Positions 1 through 13,849 of a stretch of DNA of 64,000 nt are shown piece by piece. Positions within the stretch are counted from its first letter, which is position 1; each line of letters opens with the position of its first letter. Below the pieces are notes generated by a model. That model had not been told where the DNA came from and did no database searches. It was given only the letters and a program-made list of their open reading frames with translations. The position numbers and the translations under genes are program-made. The DNA is from Salisapilia sapeloensis CBS 127946 (Eukaryota; Protista; Oomycota), in contig JAADVB010000083.1 of the NCBI GenBank assembly GCA_023334545.1, forward strand, positions 3,433-67,432, in the 5' to 3' direction.

Positions 1-233
1 GTCCCAGTAGGGAGAGTAGTAGGGGCGGTAGTATGGATATCCACCATAGAAGAACTCTTGATTGTCTTTTGTACAAAGTGTGTCAGGGCAAGCGATAGCA
101 TGAGTAGTGTAGAGAGTACGATACCTTCGTTTTGTGCGTTCTCTTGCAGCATGTTGTTCGCGTCTTCGTCTGCAATGACAGGCGATGCAATGTACAAGAG
201 CGCGATAAGAGCGAAGATGGATGAAGTCTTCAT
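1..233 (-). CDS. Small secreted Tyr/Pro/Gly-rich protein (3' end runs off the window)
   Basis: Not in the ORF track. ATG at 233; exon 233-125 reads MKTSSIFALIALLYIASPVIA-DEDANNMLQENAQNE; 59-nt GT..AG intron at 124-66 with CTGAC branch site; exon 65-1 reads DNQEFFYGGYPYYRPYYSPYWD. Signal-peptide-like N-terminus; INR-like GCTCACTT at ~302-295. Confidence 0.75.
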   Translation of the reverse strand, partial: MKTSSIFALIALLYIASPVIADEDANNMLQENAQNEGIVLSTLLMLSLALTHFVQKTIKSSSMVDIHTTAPTTLPTG

Positions 234-933
234 GCTGTTCAGGCAGTTTTTTGGAGTTTGGAGGTTGTTCTTGGACTGTAGAAGGCGAAAAGCCAAGTGA
301 GCTATCGTTGGACTCTGGCAACTGAAAGCAGCGGTCATCTTCATCCCAATCTTTCGGCAACCGTCAGCGGATGCATCTAGACATAAAAGTTTCTTTGCGA
401 CTCCATCAATCCACTTCTTGAGCTTTTGTGGTAAGTTCGGTCGGCAGGTACATGTCAATCGCTTAGCAGACTTTTCGTACACGAATGCATCACGCAGGAA
501 GCTTGTCAAGTATTGGATCACTGCAAATTTCTGCATTATATGATAGATAATGATCCCATTCACAGATAGATCATGATTGAAGCCTCTCGTGCGAGTATGT
601 AAATTCAGTTGTCAAAAATAAGTTCATGGTAACCTAGGAATACAATGTATCTTCCGATATCAATGCCTCTTCCAAATACTATAGACCATTTATTTAGTGT
701 CCTACAACCAAACTGTCGCCTCGAAATGCATTCCAGTACTCGCATTGATGTTTTGATGCGCATATACATTTCGCGCGGTACATATGCATTGCCATATTCA
801 TTCATATGTTCGGCATGGTATAGATTGATATTTGCTTTTTGATGAGATGTTTGTAGATTAAACTGGGGACTAGGCTTTCTGTTGTTGCGTGAAATCCACG
901 ACAAGTATGCTAATGTACAAAATAGATTAAGGT

Positions 934-1916
934 TTACGGTGAAGTTGAATGAGACTGTAATATATCCGTCTGTGATACATTGTCAGCGAAGTGTAGACCC
1001 AAGCGACGTCTCAATAGCTCTAATATGTTTGTACTTGCGAGGACGTATTCCATAGCTGTTTTCCCTTGGAAGTTTTTTCGTTTCCACATTGACGCTAACA
1101 GTGCTTGTCTCGAGTCTAGAAGCTCCAATGCCATACACAGCAATGTGGTTCCGTGCTGTCGCCTAGCAGCCCAGTGAAAAGCTGTATCTCCCTAGTTTCC
1201 GGATAAGCAAAATAAAATGTCAGATACTTTGGCTGAGTACAGTGTTCATACATGGCTGTCGGTATGTATAACTGATGCCCCACATCGAAGGAGTAGGGCA
1301 CAAACTGTCCCATGGCCAGCGCGTGCTGCTTCGATCAACGGTGTCGTTCGGCTTGCGCTGGTATCGACGACATCCACACTGGATCCAAGTGTAATAAGGA
1401 ATGCCACAGTATGCTGCTGTCCACACCTATGAGAGAAGGGTCGAAGACATCCGATAGTATGATTAAGTAGATGTACGTGCATGAGCATACAGCTTTATGG
1501 ATACCACGAAGCTGTATGAAGTAGAGTTCGTCTGCCATCCAAAGGACGAGGGCTCCTCCTATTTATGAGCTCTTCAACACCTTCGATGAGTAGAAACTTG
1601 TACAGCATATCTAAATTGTTCTGCTCAATAGCTGTCCAAGCTGTGCCTTCGTACTGCATCACATCTCTTCTCATATCTCCACGCGTTCCTTTCCCGTCGT
1701 CACTTGTACTTAGAGAGGCTTCTTTCAGTTGATTCCATTTATCCAATTCGTTTCCGTCAACTACTTGAAGCGCTTCCTATTTCCCATGTCAAGAAATTTC
1801 CAAGATTCGAGTAGGAATAACTGCCGTACATTGAGTACAACATTGATATCAGGCTTACTTGGTGCAGCATTGTGACTTCTTCTTCTTTCCTCTCGCTTTG
1901 CTCTTAGTACAGACAT
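934..1916 (-). CDS. Ankyrin-repeat protein (multi-exon; 3' end uncertain, may extend to ~605)
   Basis: Ankyrin motifs across spliced segments: GRRTLLHTASW, TTPLIEAARAGHGTVCALLLRCGA, GDTAFHWAARRQH, NFQGKTAMEY. Putative start MSVLRAKREERRRSH at 1916. Confidence 0.75.
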
Positions 1917-2125
1917 CTCCAATACACTTAAGCTAACTATCCTATTGAGACTAGAACCAATGCGTTCGTTTCTTGACCCCTGCGTGAGGGTTACATTCGC
2001 TACAATCTAATTCGGGATCGCAGACGTGTAGTTCAATTCTAAATATCCTCTAGTCTGATCATGGTGGCTAGAAGTAAAGTGAGATCTTCGCAGTATAATT
2101 GAGGGCAAACGTAGTTGGAATTAAA

Positions 2126-3910
2126 ATGGCAGTCAATGACAAGCATCGAGTTCGAGCTCTATTAGACGAAAGCAATGCGAGAGTTAAACTAGTTCGAATG
2201 GGGAAAGCACTGTCGACAGTCCTATCCGCAATTGATACAAGTGATGACGCTTCTAAGCAACACGATCAATACTCTTCTGGCCCTCACTACAGCTCCTATC
2301 AAGATTATGTCGATAGCAAGGTTTCACGAGTAAACGGTCTCCATCAAGGTTCCCGACGCAGGGCACTCTCCCATGCAGAGCTTCCTGCATTGAAGAATTT
2401 ACTTCCACCCGATCCAGAGCCAAACGATGAGAGCACAAGAACAAAATTAATAAGAGCTGTAAATAAGGCCATTCAGCTTCGTAGACTAAAGATGGAGCTG
2501 CCTCATGTCAAGCCTGCCATGTTGTGGCCAAAGAATGGACACCTAGCCTATGAGGAGCTGATGAAGTCAGAACGATGTGCACGCCAGGGTCGAACATGTA
2601 CAAATACGACAACACCAATGATTGATGAAGCAATGGCGAACAAACACACTAAAGTACCACTACGCTATGGCGACATGGTCTGCTTCATTTCAATGAGCAG
2701 TCAATTACCGCTTGCAATGAAGTCGATTGATCGAGCTTACTTTTCTAAAGACAACGTTACAAGTCCTTCCATGGCCTTTTCTATTGTAAGCGCTTCGTGT
2801 ATGAATAGATCTTTTCAACAGACTACTAAGGTTTTATTTGTCTACAGGTAGACTTTCGAAACCCAAGCCGAATAGGTCCAGTCCGATTTTCAGAGTCATT
2901 TTGGATCCGACTTCATCCAGATTGTGCCATTGGGAATAGGAAGAGCAAATCTCGTGGTCAATTGACAGAGACACAATACTACCTTGGCGCACCGGGCTCA
3001 CTCAACATTGAAGAAGGTGTAAAAGTCACTATTCCGTCAGGAAGGCATCGAGGCAGTCATGTAAAACGAATGAAGTCAAAAAGTCGCGGGAGCAAACGAA
3101 GGCCGATCTCTCGAGCAATTTCTATGGCGTTTAAACTTGTTGCGATGAAAGCAAATGTTCCTCGATCAGATATGTACGGCGATGACGCAGCTACTCGGGC
3201 GTTTACAATCGAGTCCAATGAATCAGTATCTCGTCTGGCAAAGTGGAACTTTATCCCGGTTCAAGTGCCTGCTTCTCTCTCATCGAAAATGGTATCTGCA
3301 ATAGACCCGGAGGATATCGTATACGACGAGGGTGAAGACTTATTACTTAATTGTGAAATTATTCGACTCCGGATGCACAACTACTTTTTAGAAGTTGATG
3401 ATACTTGTAAACGAGTTGTTGTCCGTGAATGTAAAAGCACACGAGGTGGCTCCGAACCAGATAAACACAATGTTCCTGTTGAATCGCTTTGGCAAGTACG
3501 GCTACTTCGACATGAGCCGTCTACTTTCGGTAGCAACTTGGTTATGGAAGAAGAGGTCATTCAAGAAGCAAAGTGGTTTCGACACCAACGAGACAAGCTA
3601 CGACAGATTCAAGCCAGCATAGAAGAAAAAGGTTCAACGCTCCAGGACGTCAAGCATTCGAATGAGAAAGTATGGAAGCAAAGTAATGGTACATTCGCCC
3701 AGCTCGAGCGTGCTAAGCTCGAAAAGTTGCAAACCTACGTCGGTGTCCATCCCACGCAACAAAGACCGATTCACCCAAGCTGCGACAAACTTCATCTTCC
3801 CAGAATACCTAAAGATGGTCAAGGCACGACTTGCAAGTATAGACGCAACACGAGTAACAAAGACAAAGGTAGACTTGGTAGGAGATAAGCGGAATATATC
3901 AAGCACTTGA
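2126..3910 (+). CDS. Hypothetical multi-exon protein, possible beta-trefoil/MIR-like segments
   Basis: Long consecutive ORFs 2099-2851, 2962-3888 and 3662-3910 joinable by GT-AG introns. Segments KVPLRYGDMVCFISMSS and IIRLRMHNYFLEVDD..SLWQVRLLR are loosely beta-trefoil-like. No confident family assignment. Confidence 0.55.
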
Positions 3911-4004
3911 AGAAAAGTATAGAACGACATCTGGAGAGTGTCCAGATGTCCACGTGCGGTATGCAAAATGGATCAAAGTCTCACTTTGGCATTTACTAGT
4001 AAAG

Positions 4005-5336
4005 ATGAATCTACCAGGACAACGCTGCGTTGGATGTGCCATCCTTCTTCTCACATGCATCTATCTCTCTACCGTCGAACTTGCTTCGCTACCGTCGGAC
4101 GAATATGTGTATCAAGTACGAGCGCTTGATGCCAAAAACTGTTCTTGCGATGACGATAAGCTCTGCCTTCCTATCGCAATGACCCATCGGAACGAAAGTC
4201 AGCGGCAGGAAGTATTTGCTTTCTCCGTGACTGACAACGATCAGTGGAAGCAATACGACTGGGACCAGGTACCACGTACAAATTCTTTGACTGTAGCATG
4301 CACTCACATCCATGCAGTTGACGACAGTAGCGTGGAATGAGGACCCTGAACTGCTTTGCCATGCCCACAGTCGTGGTGTCAAAGTCGTGATATTGCACAA
4401 CTTTAATAACGCGAGCCAAGTATGTGACCCCGCGAGTCGACGCGAATGGATCCTAGACACCAAGCAGCGGATCCTTGACACCCATACGGATGGTGTCAAC
4501 ATCGATACGGAGACTGCAATGAAAGGACAAGATGCCGAGTGTCTCGCGACTCTCGTTCGAGAACTACGTGCTGAACTTGAAAACCATGAACTCACAGCGA
4601 AAGCGCAGATCACGTTTGACGTGCCGTGGGCTCCTCGTGGTGTCGATGACCGATACTATCGATGGCAGGAGCTAGCCAACGCATCCGACTTCCTCTTTGT
4701 CATGAGTGTACGTTATGAAGTATAAGGGAGAATGCAGTGTCCTCATCGTCAGAATAGTACGACATGCGGAGTCAGATCTACTACCAATGCATCGCAGCTG
4801 CTAACTCGCCACTCGCACTTGTGAAACAAGGGCTGGAAGAGTACATCTACGGAAACTTTGTCGACCCATCCAAGCTAGTGGTCGGACTCCCATGGTACGG
4901 ATACAAGTACAACTGTACCTCGTACAGCAGCGTGAATGAGATTTGCACCATCCAACAAGTACGTCCTGTAGTTTTTATCATTCTACATTATGCCGAATGA
5001 ATATGAGAATAGGAAGAGTTCCATGGAGCACCATGTAGTGATGCTGCTGGCGATCAAATTGTCTACAGCACGATCCAAGAGATCATCCGTGATCAAGACA
5101 TCGACGTCAAGTGGGATAACTTGACCAAGTCTCCGTATTTTGCTTACGAAGATGACGATGAACAAACATACCAGCTCTTCTTTGACAACCCCGAGAGTTT
5201 ATCGATCAAGTATGCACTCGCGAAAGACTTGGGTCTACGTGGTGTCGGTATGTGGAACGCAGATTTAGTGGATTACACGGGAGCATACGTCAACGAAACC
5301 AAAGCCATGTGGGACTCAATGAAGCAAGGAGCCTAG
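4005..5336 (+). CDS. CTBS: Di-N-acetylchitobiase (GH18), secreted/lysosomal
   Basis: Signal peptide; EVFAF; LLCHAHSRGVKVV; catalytic DGVNIDTE; ITFDVPWAP..DDRYY; KLVVGLPWYGY; FFDNPESLSIKY..GLRGVGMWNAD. About 4 short introns. Confidence 0.9.
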
Positions 5337-5363
5337 CCTAATCATCTCAAACATGTATTCTTG

Positions 5364-8300
5364 CTAAAGCGGAGACGCATTCACTTCTTCCGTCCGTTCG
5401 GTACTGTCACGTAGCATCAGTTGATACTTGGTCACCACGCGTTGTAGCGATCGGTTCTTTGCCATGATCGGTAGCACTTGATTCGTTAGTAGCTCTCGCT
5501 TCGACATACCCTGTACATCGCATCAGCACATACTTCGTATACATCTACAACACGTCTCGTTACCAATATCGATGGATCCCACACTTCACTATCGGATGTG
5601 GTGTGGAATGGACCCATGAGCTCTGCGCAAAGTTCTTCCAATCGACTCACGTCTTCATCTTGCGCTAAGAAGCGAGCATACGCTTGTATCCTACCTCCAG
5701 TTATCAGTACAAAGCCTACAGCATCATCTATTTGTACCTACCAGTACCGATACTCCTTGGCACTACGAAGCACTCTAGCAGACGCCACCTGGTGCTCCAA
5801 GTGACTACGAGTAATGTTCCGCTGCAGTAAAGAGTCATGGATGCCAGACAACATCGCCGACGATACGCCTCGATGTGTACGACTGTACCCTGCAGCATTC
5901 TGTAGTCGACGCAACGGACCGATAGGAATGCTATTCACACTCACAGCATCCGTCGGTAGACTCGAGGCAAAGTCGGAAAAGACAAAGCTGTCGTCAGCTG
6001 CACGCATCCATACCTGCATGTCTTTATCAAAGAGGAAGGACTGCATGCTAGACGACCCTTTGCCGTCCTTACTCGACACGACGAACGTGATGAGAGGCAT
6101 CCCGTCCGACGTCAAGTTGCATCGAAGGAGTGTCAGTCGCTTCATTGCACTATCCTCGAGACTCGTGACGGACTCTATCGACTCGGACAACGTCTGCTTT
6201 CCAGCACAAACGTTCCATATCCGTAGCTTACCATCCGACAAGAGGACGAGTAAGTATGGAGACAGCTTTGGATTGCATTCGAGTACAGAAGGTGCACTTC
6301 CGAGAGAGATACAAGGAAAGAGTCGACGACCGGACGCAGACAAGAGGTACAAGTCTCCGCTACTCGTAGCAAAAGCACAGAAGCGAGCGTTGCCGACAGC
6401 ACAGCTAATGCGTCCAGGCACTCTATCCATCCACTTGATTTGCGTCGTGGAGCGACATGTAATGGTTGAAAAGACAGGACCATGCTCTTCCACCATCTCG
6501 TCATTCACTTCAATGTTATGCACATTCACTTCCACTTGACACTTGCTACTTTCCTCTGACGGATGGAGACGAGGCTCATCAGTCGCCACATCCATATCAA
6601 TCGTAAAGCTAAGACGAATAGGAAACTCTGGGAGAATGCGAGTCTGCGTACTGGAACTAGTGCCAGTCGAAAGCTTCTTTGGCGGACGAGACGCCACTTC
6701 TCTCGACTTGGATGCTGGTGTCGTCTGCTTCTCTTCTCTCTTTCGCTTCAAGGAAGAATCAGTCTTCGCTTTTGTCTTGGCTTTTGTAACTATCGTCTTC
6801 GTGCTAGTGGATGGTTCAGAGGTACCTGCCATGCGATTCTCCATGACAGTCGTATCAGACGGCACGTCTCCATTCGGAGTGGTAGAAGAGGTTACTGTCA
6901 CTGGTGCAATCTTCTTCTTATCGCTCTTTTTCACCGTTAGAACATTCACATCTTTCGTCTCCTTCTTTTTTCTCGGCACAAGCGTATTCATCGTCGATGA
7001 AGGCGTTTCGACTGCTGGTGCTGATGTCGTCACTTTCGTCTCTGGCTTAGACGCTTGTTCCATCTCCAACTGGATCGGATTCTCTGCTAATTCCGAAGCT
7101 AGTGTCACACCTGCTCTCGATCCGTACTTGGCCTGAAGTAGTTTACTCTGCTCTGTAGATGACAACGGACTTCCGATCTCATTCGAGGTGAATTGGAAGC
7201 AGCAGATGGAGCCGTCGAGAGATGATGCTAGGAGGATCGAATCGTCTCCTGCCCACGTGAGGTCCGTGACACAGGCATCAAAGCAGTCTTTCACGACAGC
7301 TAAAGGCCTAGCGAGGTGAGCTAACCAGATACTCACGGCTGCATCTTCTCCTCCAACTGCACAACAAGCGAATTCTTTTTCCGGTGCTGCTTTCGACGAT
7401 AGCAATTTAGGATTAAATCGAGTGCATGTCACGACACTCTGATGTCCGACAAACTTGACGTCGTTCGTCCATGTACCTCGATCCAGCAACGCTGCAATGT
7501 TCTTCTTTGACTTGAACGCATGGGTAGCACATAGGACAGAGCCGTCTGGAGACCAGGATAGACGACGGAAGTGAGACGTCGCAGCACACGACTCGAATGG
7601 TTCTGATATCGATGTGCTTTCCTACAGCCGTGTTAGACGTGAATATAGAGGAAGAAGGATGCATATTACCTTCCAGTTGTCCACCTGCCACATCCGAACG
7701 GTCTTGTCTTCACCTGCACTAGAGAGATACTATAACTTTTATTAGATTAGACCGTATGCAGACGGATAAAAGGGGATACTTTGCCAACGGGATCCCACGC
7801 AACTCCCTTCACCCATCCACTGTGGCCGGTGAGAACTTGTAGAGGCTGTGTCATGCTTGGCTTTATACTGGCACTATCGACTGCCCAGATGACGATAGAA
7901 TTGTCAATACTGCAGCTAGCAAGCATTCGATCGTCGGGAGACCAAGCAACGTCTTGAACGTCTATTGCATCGTTAGTAGGCTGCCTATAAGGGATAAAGG
8001 TCGGTCGTACCCATGGTATGGCGCTTGAGACTTGCACATCTAGTCCAGTTTTCTTTATTCGGCTTCGCTGTTGATCCGAATGGAACGGGTGGAGGTGCAC
8101 CGCTCTGGAGTTCGTATAGGAAGACGAATTGATCGTCCGATCCGGACGCAAGGTACCTATTTTATTGATAGAGTACATTTATACATTGTCAAGCTTTGTA
8201 GATGTGTGTAAAAGATACCTTCCATGCCCAGCCCATCGAACGCAGTTGACTGCTTGCTGGTGGAAAGATAAAGTCGCGATTAATTCAAACGACATGGAGC

Positions 8301-8600
8301 TGTCGTCCTCCTTTACGTCTACTTCCAGCGACCAAATTTTAACACAATTATCTACATCCATCCCATTCGTATAAGCCACTTGGTATGATCCTCTATGTGT
8401 TGTGTGAAAGACTTTATTGCACCTCCGCCTGCCGTCGCGAAGACCCGTTTGGTCGGATGGGCATCAATCCCGTAGATAGCACAGGCTACAGAGCATGAAA
8501 ATAGACATGAGCATCATCAATTACACTGCGCATTCATGTGTAGCTTACCAGTGCCGGATGAGTTGGCATGCTGCACTTCCTCCGGTTTCTCGAGCAACAT
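5364..8600 (-). CDS. HIRA: Histone H3.3 chaperone HIRA (WD40 repeats plus C-terminal Hira domain)
   Basis: MLLEKPEEVQH..AIYGIDAHPTKRVFATAGG; HQQAVNCVRWA; DVQDVAWSPDDRMLASCSIDN; GHSGWVKGVAWDPVG; GHQSVVTCTRFNP; SGRRLFPCISL; TRSHLEHQVASA. Ends SLQRVVTKYQ..SPL* at 5364. Confidence 0.92.
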
Positions 8601-8765
8601 GACGGCCGATGCGTTTAAATGTATAGGAATTGGCGCGTTCCGGTGGAATGGATGCATTTGACCTATATTTATACATTTATTTCAAATATGGCCCATTTAA
8701 TTAATTAAATTTAATAATATACACTATTTGGAAAGTACATTATCATTTTGTACATTTTGGAGAGC

Positions 8766-9626
8766 ATGGGGAACTTGAACTGCGTGCAGCAATGCCAGGA
8801 GCACGTAGAGACTCAAAAGAGAATTGCAGAGCTCCAGGAAGGTTGGTAGCAGTGGCTTGTGTATGGAAAAATAAGAGAGGATGAGATAAATATTGAAATA
8901 GGAAGTGAATTTGCAAGAAAGAAGCATGTCATGGGATTTGCATCTGGCACGGAACAAGTTCTTCTCTGGCTAAACGACGATACCTCCACGTACATATTGG
9001 ATAGAATACCAGTAATTGCGCGGATTGGATTGTAGTAGTAAATGGACGAGTGTAGACTCAAGTGGAAATGTAAAGATGGAGATACAAGCGAGGTGACTGA
9101 TATTCGGTTGGAAGAGATCGACAAAATCAAATCACAAGGTAGGAAAAACTTCTGACAATTCCTCTGCTATATCTATCTTTCCTATACATGATCTAATCGA
9201 CGTAACTCGATGGTCGATTGGGCAGGTGATACCGAATGGAGTATGGTGACAGCAAAGGGAGAGCTACTAATCGATCTACAAGCATCATCAACGGAAGAAA
9301 GAGACGCATGGGTAGCTATTCCTTTCAAAGTTTCCATATCGGCAATTATTTTCTTATATGTGCACTAGGTGCGTGATGTACGACTACTCAGTGATGGCCA
9401 GCAGCCTGTTGGCGAATCCGAAGCCGCAGAAGAGAAGGCTGTGTCTGGATGGTCACTTCGAGGCAAAGTGGAGGAAAGAAATCGGCATCAAACATACTGG
9501 TCACAACGTGCACAGGAGCTGGAAGATCGTCAGAAGGAAGCAGAGGAACGAAAGAAGCAGCTTTCTGGTGTCGGTATGAAGTACACTGCCATCGCGATGA
9601 GCAAACGTGATTCGGAATCAACATGA
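8766..9626 (+). CDS. PH-domain protein with N-terminal acylation motif and C-terminal coiled coil
   Basis: Spliced model: MGNLNCVQQC..ELQE / GSEFARKKHVMGFASGTEQVLLWLNDDTS / TLKWKCKD..IRLEEIDKIKSQ / GDTEWSMVTAKGELLIDLQASSTEERDAW / VRDVRLL..QELEDRQKEAEERKKQL..MKYTAIAMSKR*. Confidence 0.65.
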
Positions 9627-9744
9627 AAAAACTTATTCTACCCTTTATATATCTAGAACCGTTATTCATAAGCATGTTGTTGCCACATAGTCTCTGCGAC
9701 TCTTGGAGCAGTCCTTGGTAGCATTTTCATACCCCTTACTAGAC

Positions 9745-11007
9745 ATGGCAAGCGAAACACCAGAAACAAAAGGGAAGGTTGCGATTCATGTATTTGACGA
9801 GTACAGGAAGCAAGCGAAAGACTTTAGCTGTTCTCGAGACCTTTTATTAAGCAAGATGAAATACTTCCAGGCATATCTAAACGAAGCGAATATTCATGAC
9901 GAGATCGACATCTCGGTTGATTGTGATGTCGAAGTCTTTGCGTGGTTAGTCGAGTATATGCATCAAAGCAACGATGAATGGCAATCGAAAATATCACTTG
10001 ATAATGTTGCACCGATACTAGTATCCTCCGAGTTCTTACAAATGGAAGAACTCGTGAATGGCTGCATAGCATTCATCGTGTCGAATTTACAACAATTTGT
10101 CCAGCTTCGTGTCGACTTGAGCTGCTTGTCGGACATAGCAGTATCCAAACTTGCAGACCAGTGCTCACCAGTGGCCGTGCGGAAGATGTACGACCGAAAG
10201 GATAAGATAAAGACCAAACTCCAGAGAAAGCAAGTGGATGCAATGCTAAAGGTGTTGGACGGAAATCTACAATTTTGCACCAAGTGCGAACAATTATTTC
10301 TGATGACGACTGTCGAGGACACTCATTGTTATCAAGGTGTCCGTCGGATCAATGTGCGTGGAGACCTTGTAGCTCGACATGAAGCGAAACCACATTGGAG
10401 TAGTAGTGCTTTTGTGAAAGAAGTGATGGAAAGCAAAAGTCTTTCATGGGGTGTTGTCTACTGGTACATTTGGGCTGCTACGCGTTGCAGTCAATGCAAG
10501 GAATGCGGTAAGACGTATAGTTTACTAGAGCTGCATGGGTGTGCCTACCACTACGGTAGTATTGAAGGCCGTGGTCGTGAAGCCAAATATACTTGTTGTG
10601 GTGCACGAGGGTTTAGTAGTGACGAAAGCGAGGTACGAGGATGCACGCTGCAGGACCACGTACCGGATCGATTGGAACAAGGTGACGTCAAGGAAATTTG
10701 GACGTATATTCACGAGAGCGGACTCATGGACGAGGTCAAAGAGCAATCGGGAGCAAGTGTACAGATCGATTTTTTCAGTGACAAGAGAAAACATGATGGG
10801 CCACGAAGTCGGCTGCACAAGGAATCTTTAGGTGTCGACTCCGAGCAAGGAAAGAGTAAATCGGCAAATAGGAGAGCTTCTTCCGCTGCACTTCCAGGAT
10901 CACCTCGTCGAGAAAAGCAATTCAAGGCGTTGAAGCTTCAGGAAAGAGACGCCGTGCGTACGAAAGAGCTCATGCAACGACTGATCCAACTGCGTGTGGA
11001 CACCTAA
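9745..11007 (+). CDS. KIAA1841/SANBR-like BTB-type protein (DUF3342) with Cys/His-rich C-terminal region
   Basis: IHVFDEYRKQAKDFSCSRDLLLSKMKYF..IDISVDCDVEVFAWLVEY..ILVSSEFLQMEELV. Single long exon; first in-frame ATG at 9745. Confidence 0.8.
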   Translation: MASETPETKGKVAIHVFDEYRKQAKDFSCSRDLLLSKMKYFQAYLNEANIHDEIDISVDCDVEVFAWLVEYMHQSNDEWQSKISLDNVAPILVSSEFLQMEELVNGCIAFIVSNLQQFVQLRVDLSCLSDIAVSKLADQCSPVAVRKMYDRKDKIKTKLQRKQVDAMLKVLDGNLQFCTKCEQLFLMTTVEDTHCYQGVRRINVRGDLVARHEAKPHWSSSAFVKEVMESKSLSWGVVYWYIWAATRCSQCKECGKTYSLLELHGCAYHYGSIEGRGREAKYTCCGARGFSSDESEVRGCTLQDHVPDRLEQGDVKEIWTYIHESGLMDEVKEQSGASVQIDFFSDKRKHDGPRSRLHKESLGVDSEQGKSKSANRRASSAALPGSPRREKQFKALKLQERDAVRTKELMQRLIQLRVDT

Positions 11008-11124
11008 TGTAGCCATTAAACTTCCGTTTAACTTCAAATGAGACGGTCCATTTAAAGCATCTTACTTTTACTATCGGTCCAACCTTTGTCCATCAACCAC
11101 GAAAGCAGACAACGAATTATCATA

Positions 11125-12012
11125 ATGTGGACGACGCGAGCTCGAGATGCCTTGGTGCGATGCCAAGTCGGTAACTTGCGTATATCTGCTGTGATGGCTA
11201 AGTCCACTACGTATGAAATGGCAAACCGGTGGAAATTGCCAACTGTGAGTGAAACTAGCCGAGTATGGGGCGAATATATGGCTGGCACGACGATGCTCAG
11301 CTCTTTTTTTAAAAGCGAAGAACGGATGAAAGTTTCTGTTCGTACACCTGAGATCGAGGACATGTTCATCGAAGCCATGGCTTTAGGTGAAGTGCGCGGC
11401 AAAGGCCAGCTTGTAGATAGCAGCACGCCAGCTACATCGATTGTCGACCAAGGTCGAATGCACGTATCTAAAGTCTTGTATGGAGCGGCTACCCCGTACG
11501 AGACAACCATACCAGCAACAGGCAACGCTCAAAAGGATTGGCAGACATTCTACGACATGTCAGAACAGGTTCCAACGATCATTCATCTCGATAGTGCTCT
11601 CCAGGAAGATAAAGACGACGTCTTCTTACACTGTTGTGGCGTCACGATCCAGCAGATGCCTCATGCAGATGTACCAGACGAACACACATACGCTTTGGAC
11701 GACCTACTAGTGCACAAATACCCTCTAGCAGCTGCGGACGTGCAACAGAATGGACATTTAGTCGACTACCTAAATGAAGTCATTCCGAAAGCAGACTTGA
11801 CAGCCGACAAGTGTCGTCGCATACCCGTCGACTACTTCTGTCGGTGCTCGAAACAAGGTTTTGGAGCTCGGCTACAAGGACTCGGCACCGCAGCCTTGTC
11901 AGATGTGATCGACCAAGCCATGAGCGAAGGCATTAACCTCACATGCCAGTTCTGCAACGCAAACTACGCCTTTTCACTATCCGAACTGAATGACCTCCGT
12001 GCATCGGATTAA
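11125..12012 (+). CDS. HSP33: Hsp33 (HslO) family redox-regulated chaperone
   Basis: Intronless. C-terminal YFCRCS-x-LTCQFC gives C-x-C-x32-C-x-x-C; SEQVPT motif; N-terminal DALVR. Confidence 0.85.
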   Translation: MWTTRARDALVRCQVGNLRISAVMAKSTTYEMANRWKLPTVSETSRVWGEYMAGTTMLSSFFKSEERMKVSVRTPEIEDMFIEAMALGEVRGKGQLVDSSTPATSIVDQGRMHVSKVLYGAATPYETTIPATGNAQKDWQTFYDMSEQVPTIIHLDSALQEDKDDVFLHCCGVTIQQMPHADVPDEHTYALDDLLVHKYPLAAADVQQNGHLVDYLNEVIPKADLTADKCRRIPVDYFCRCSKQGFGARLQGLGTAALSDVIDQAMSEGINLTCQFCNANYAFSLSELNDLRASD

Positions 12013-12054
12013 ACAAACGAAAGAGAATGTATTCATAAGTCAAGCAGTATCCTC

Positions 12055-13849
<1,795 letters not shown>

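Noticed and set aside
5814-7136. Plus-strand ORFs of 241 and 197 aa inside HIRA
   Set aside because: Antisense to a well-supported conserved CDS; low-complexity mirror translation.
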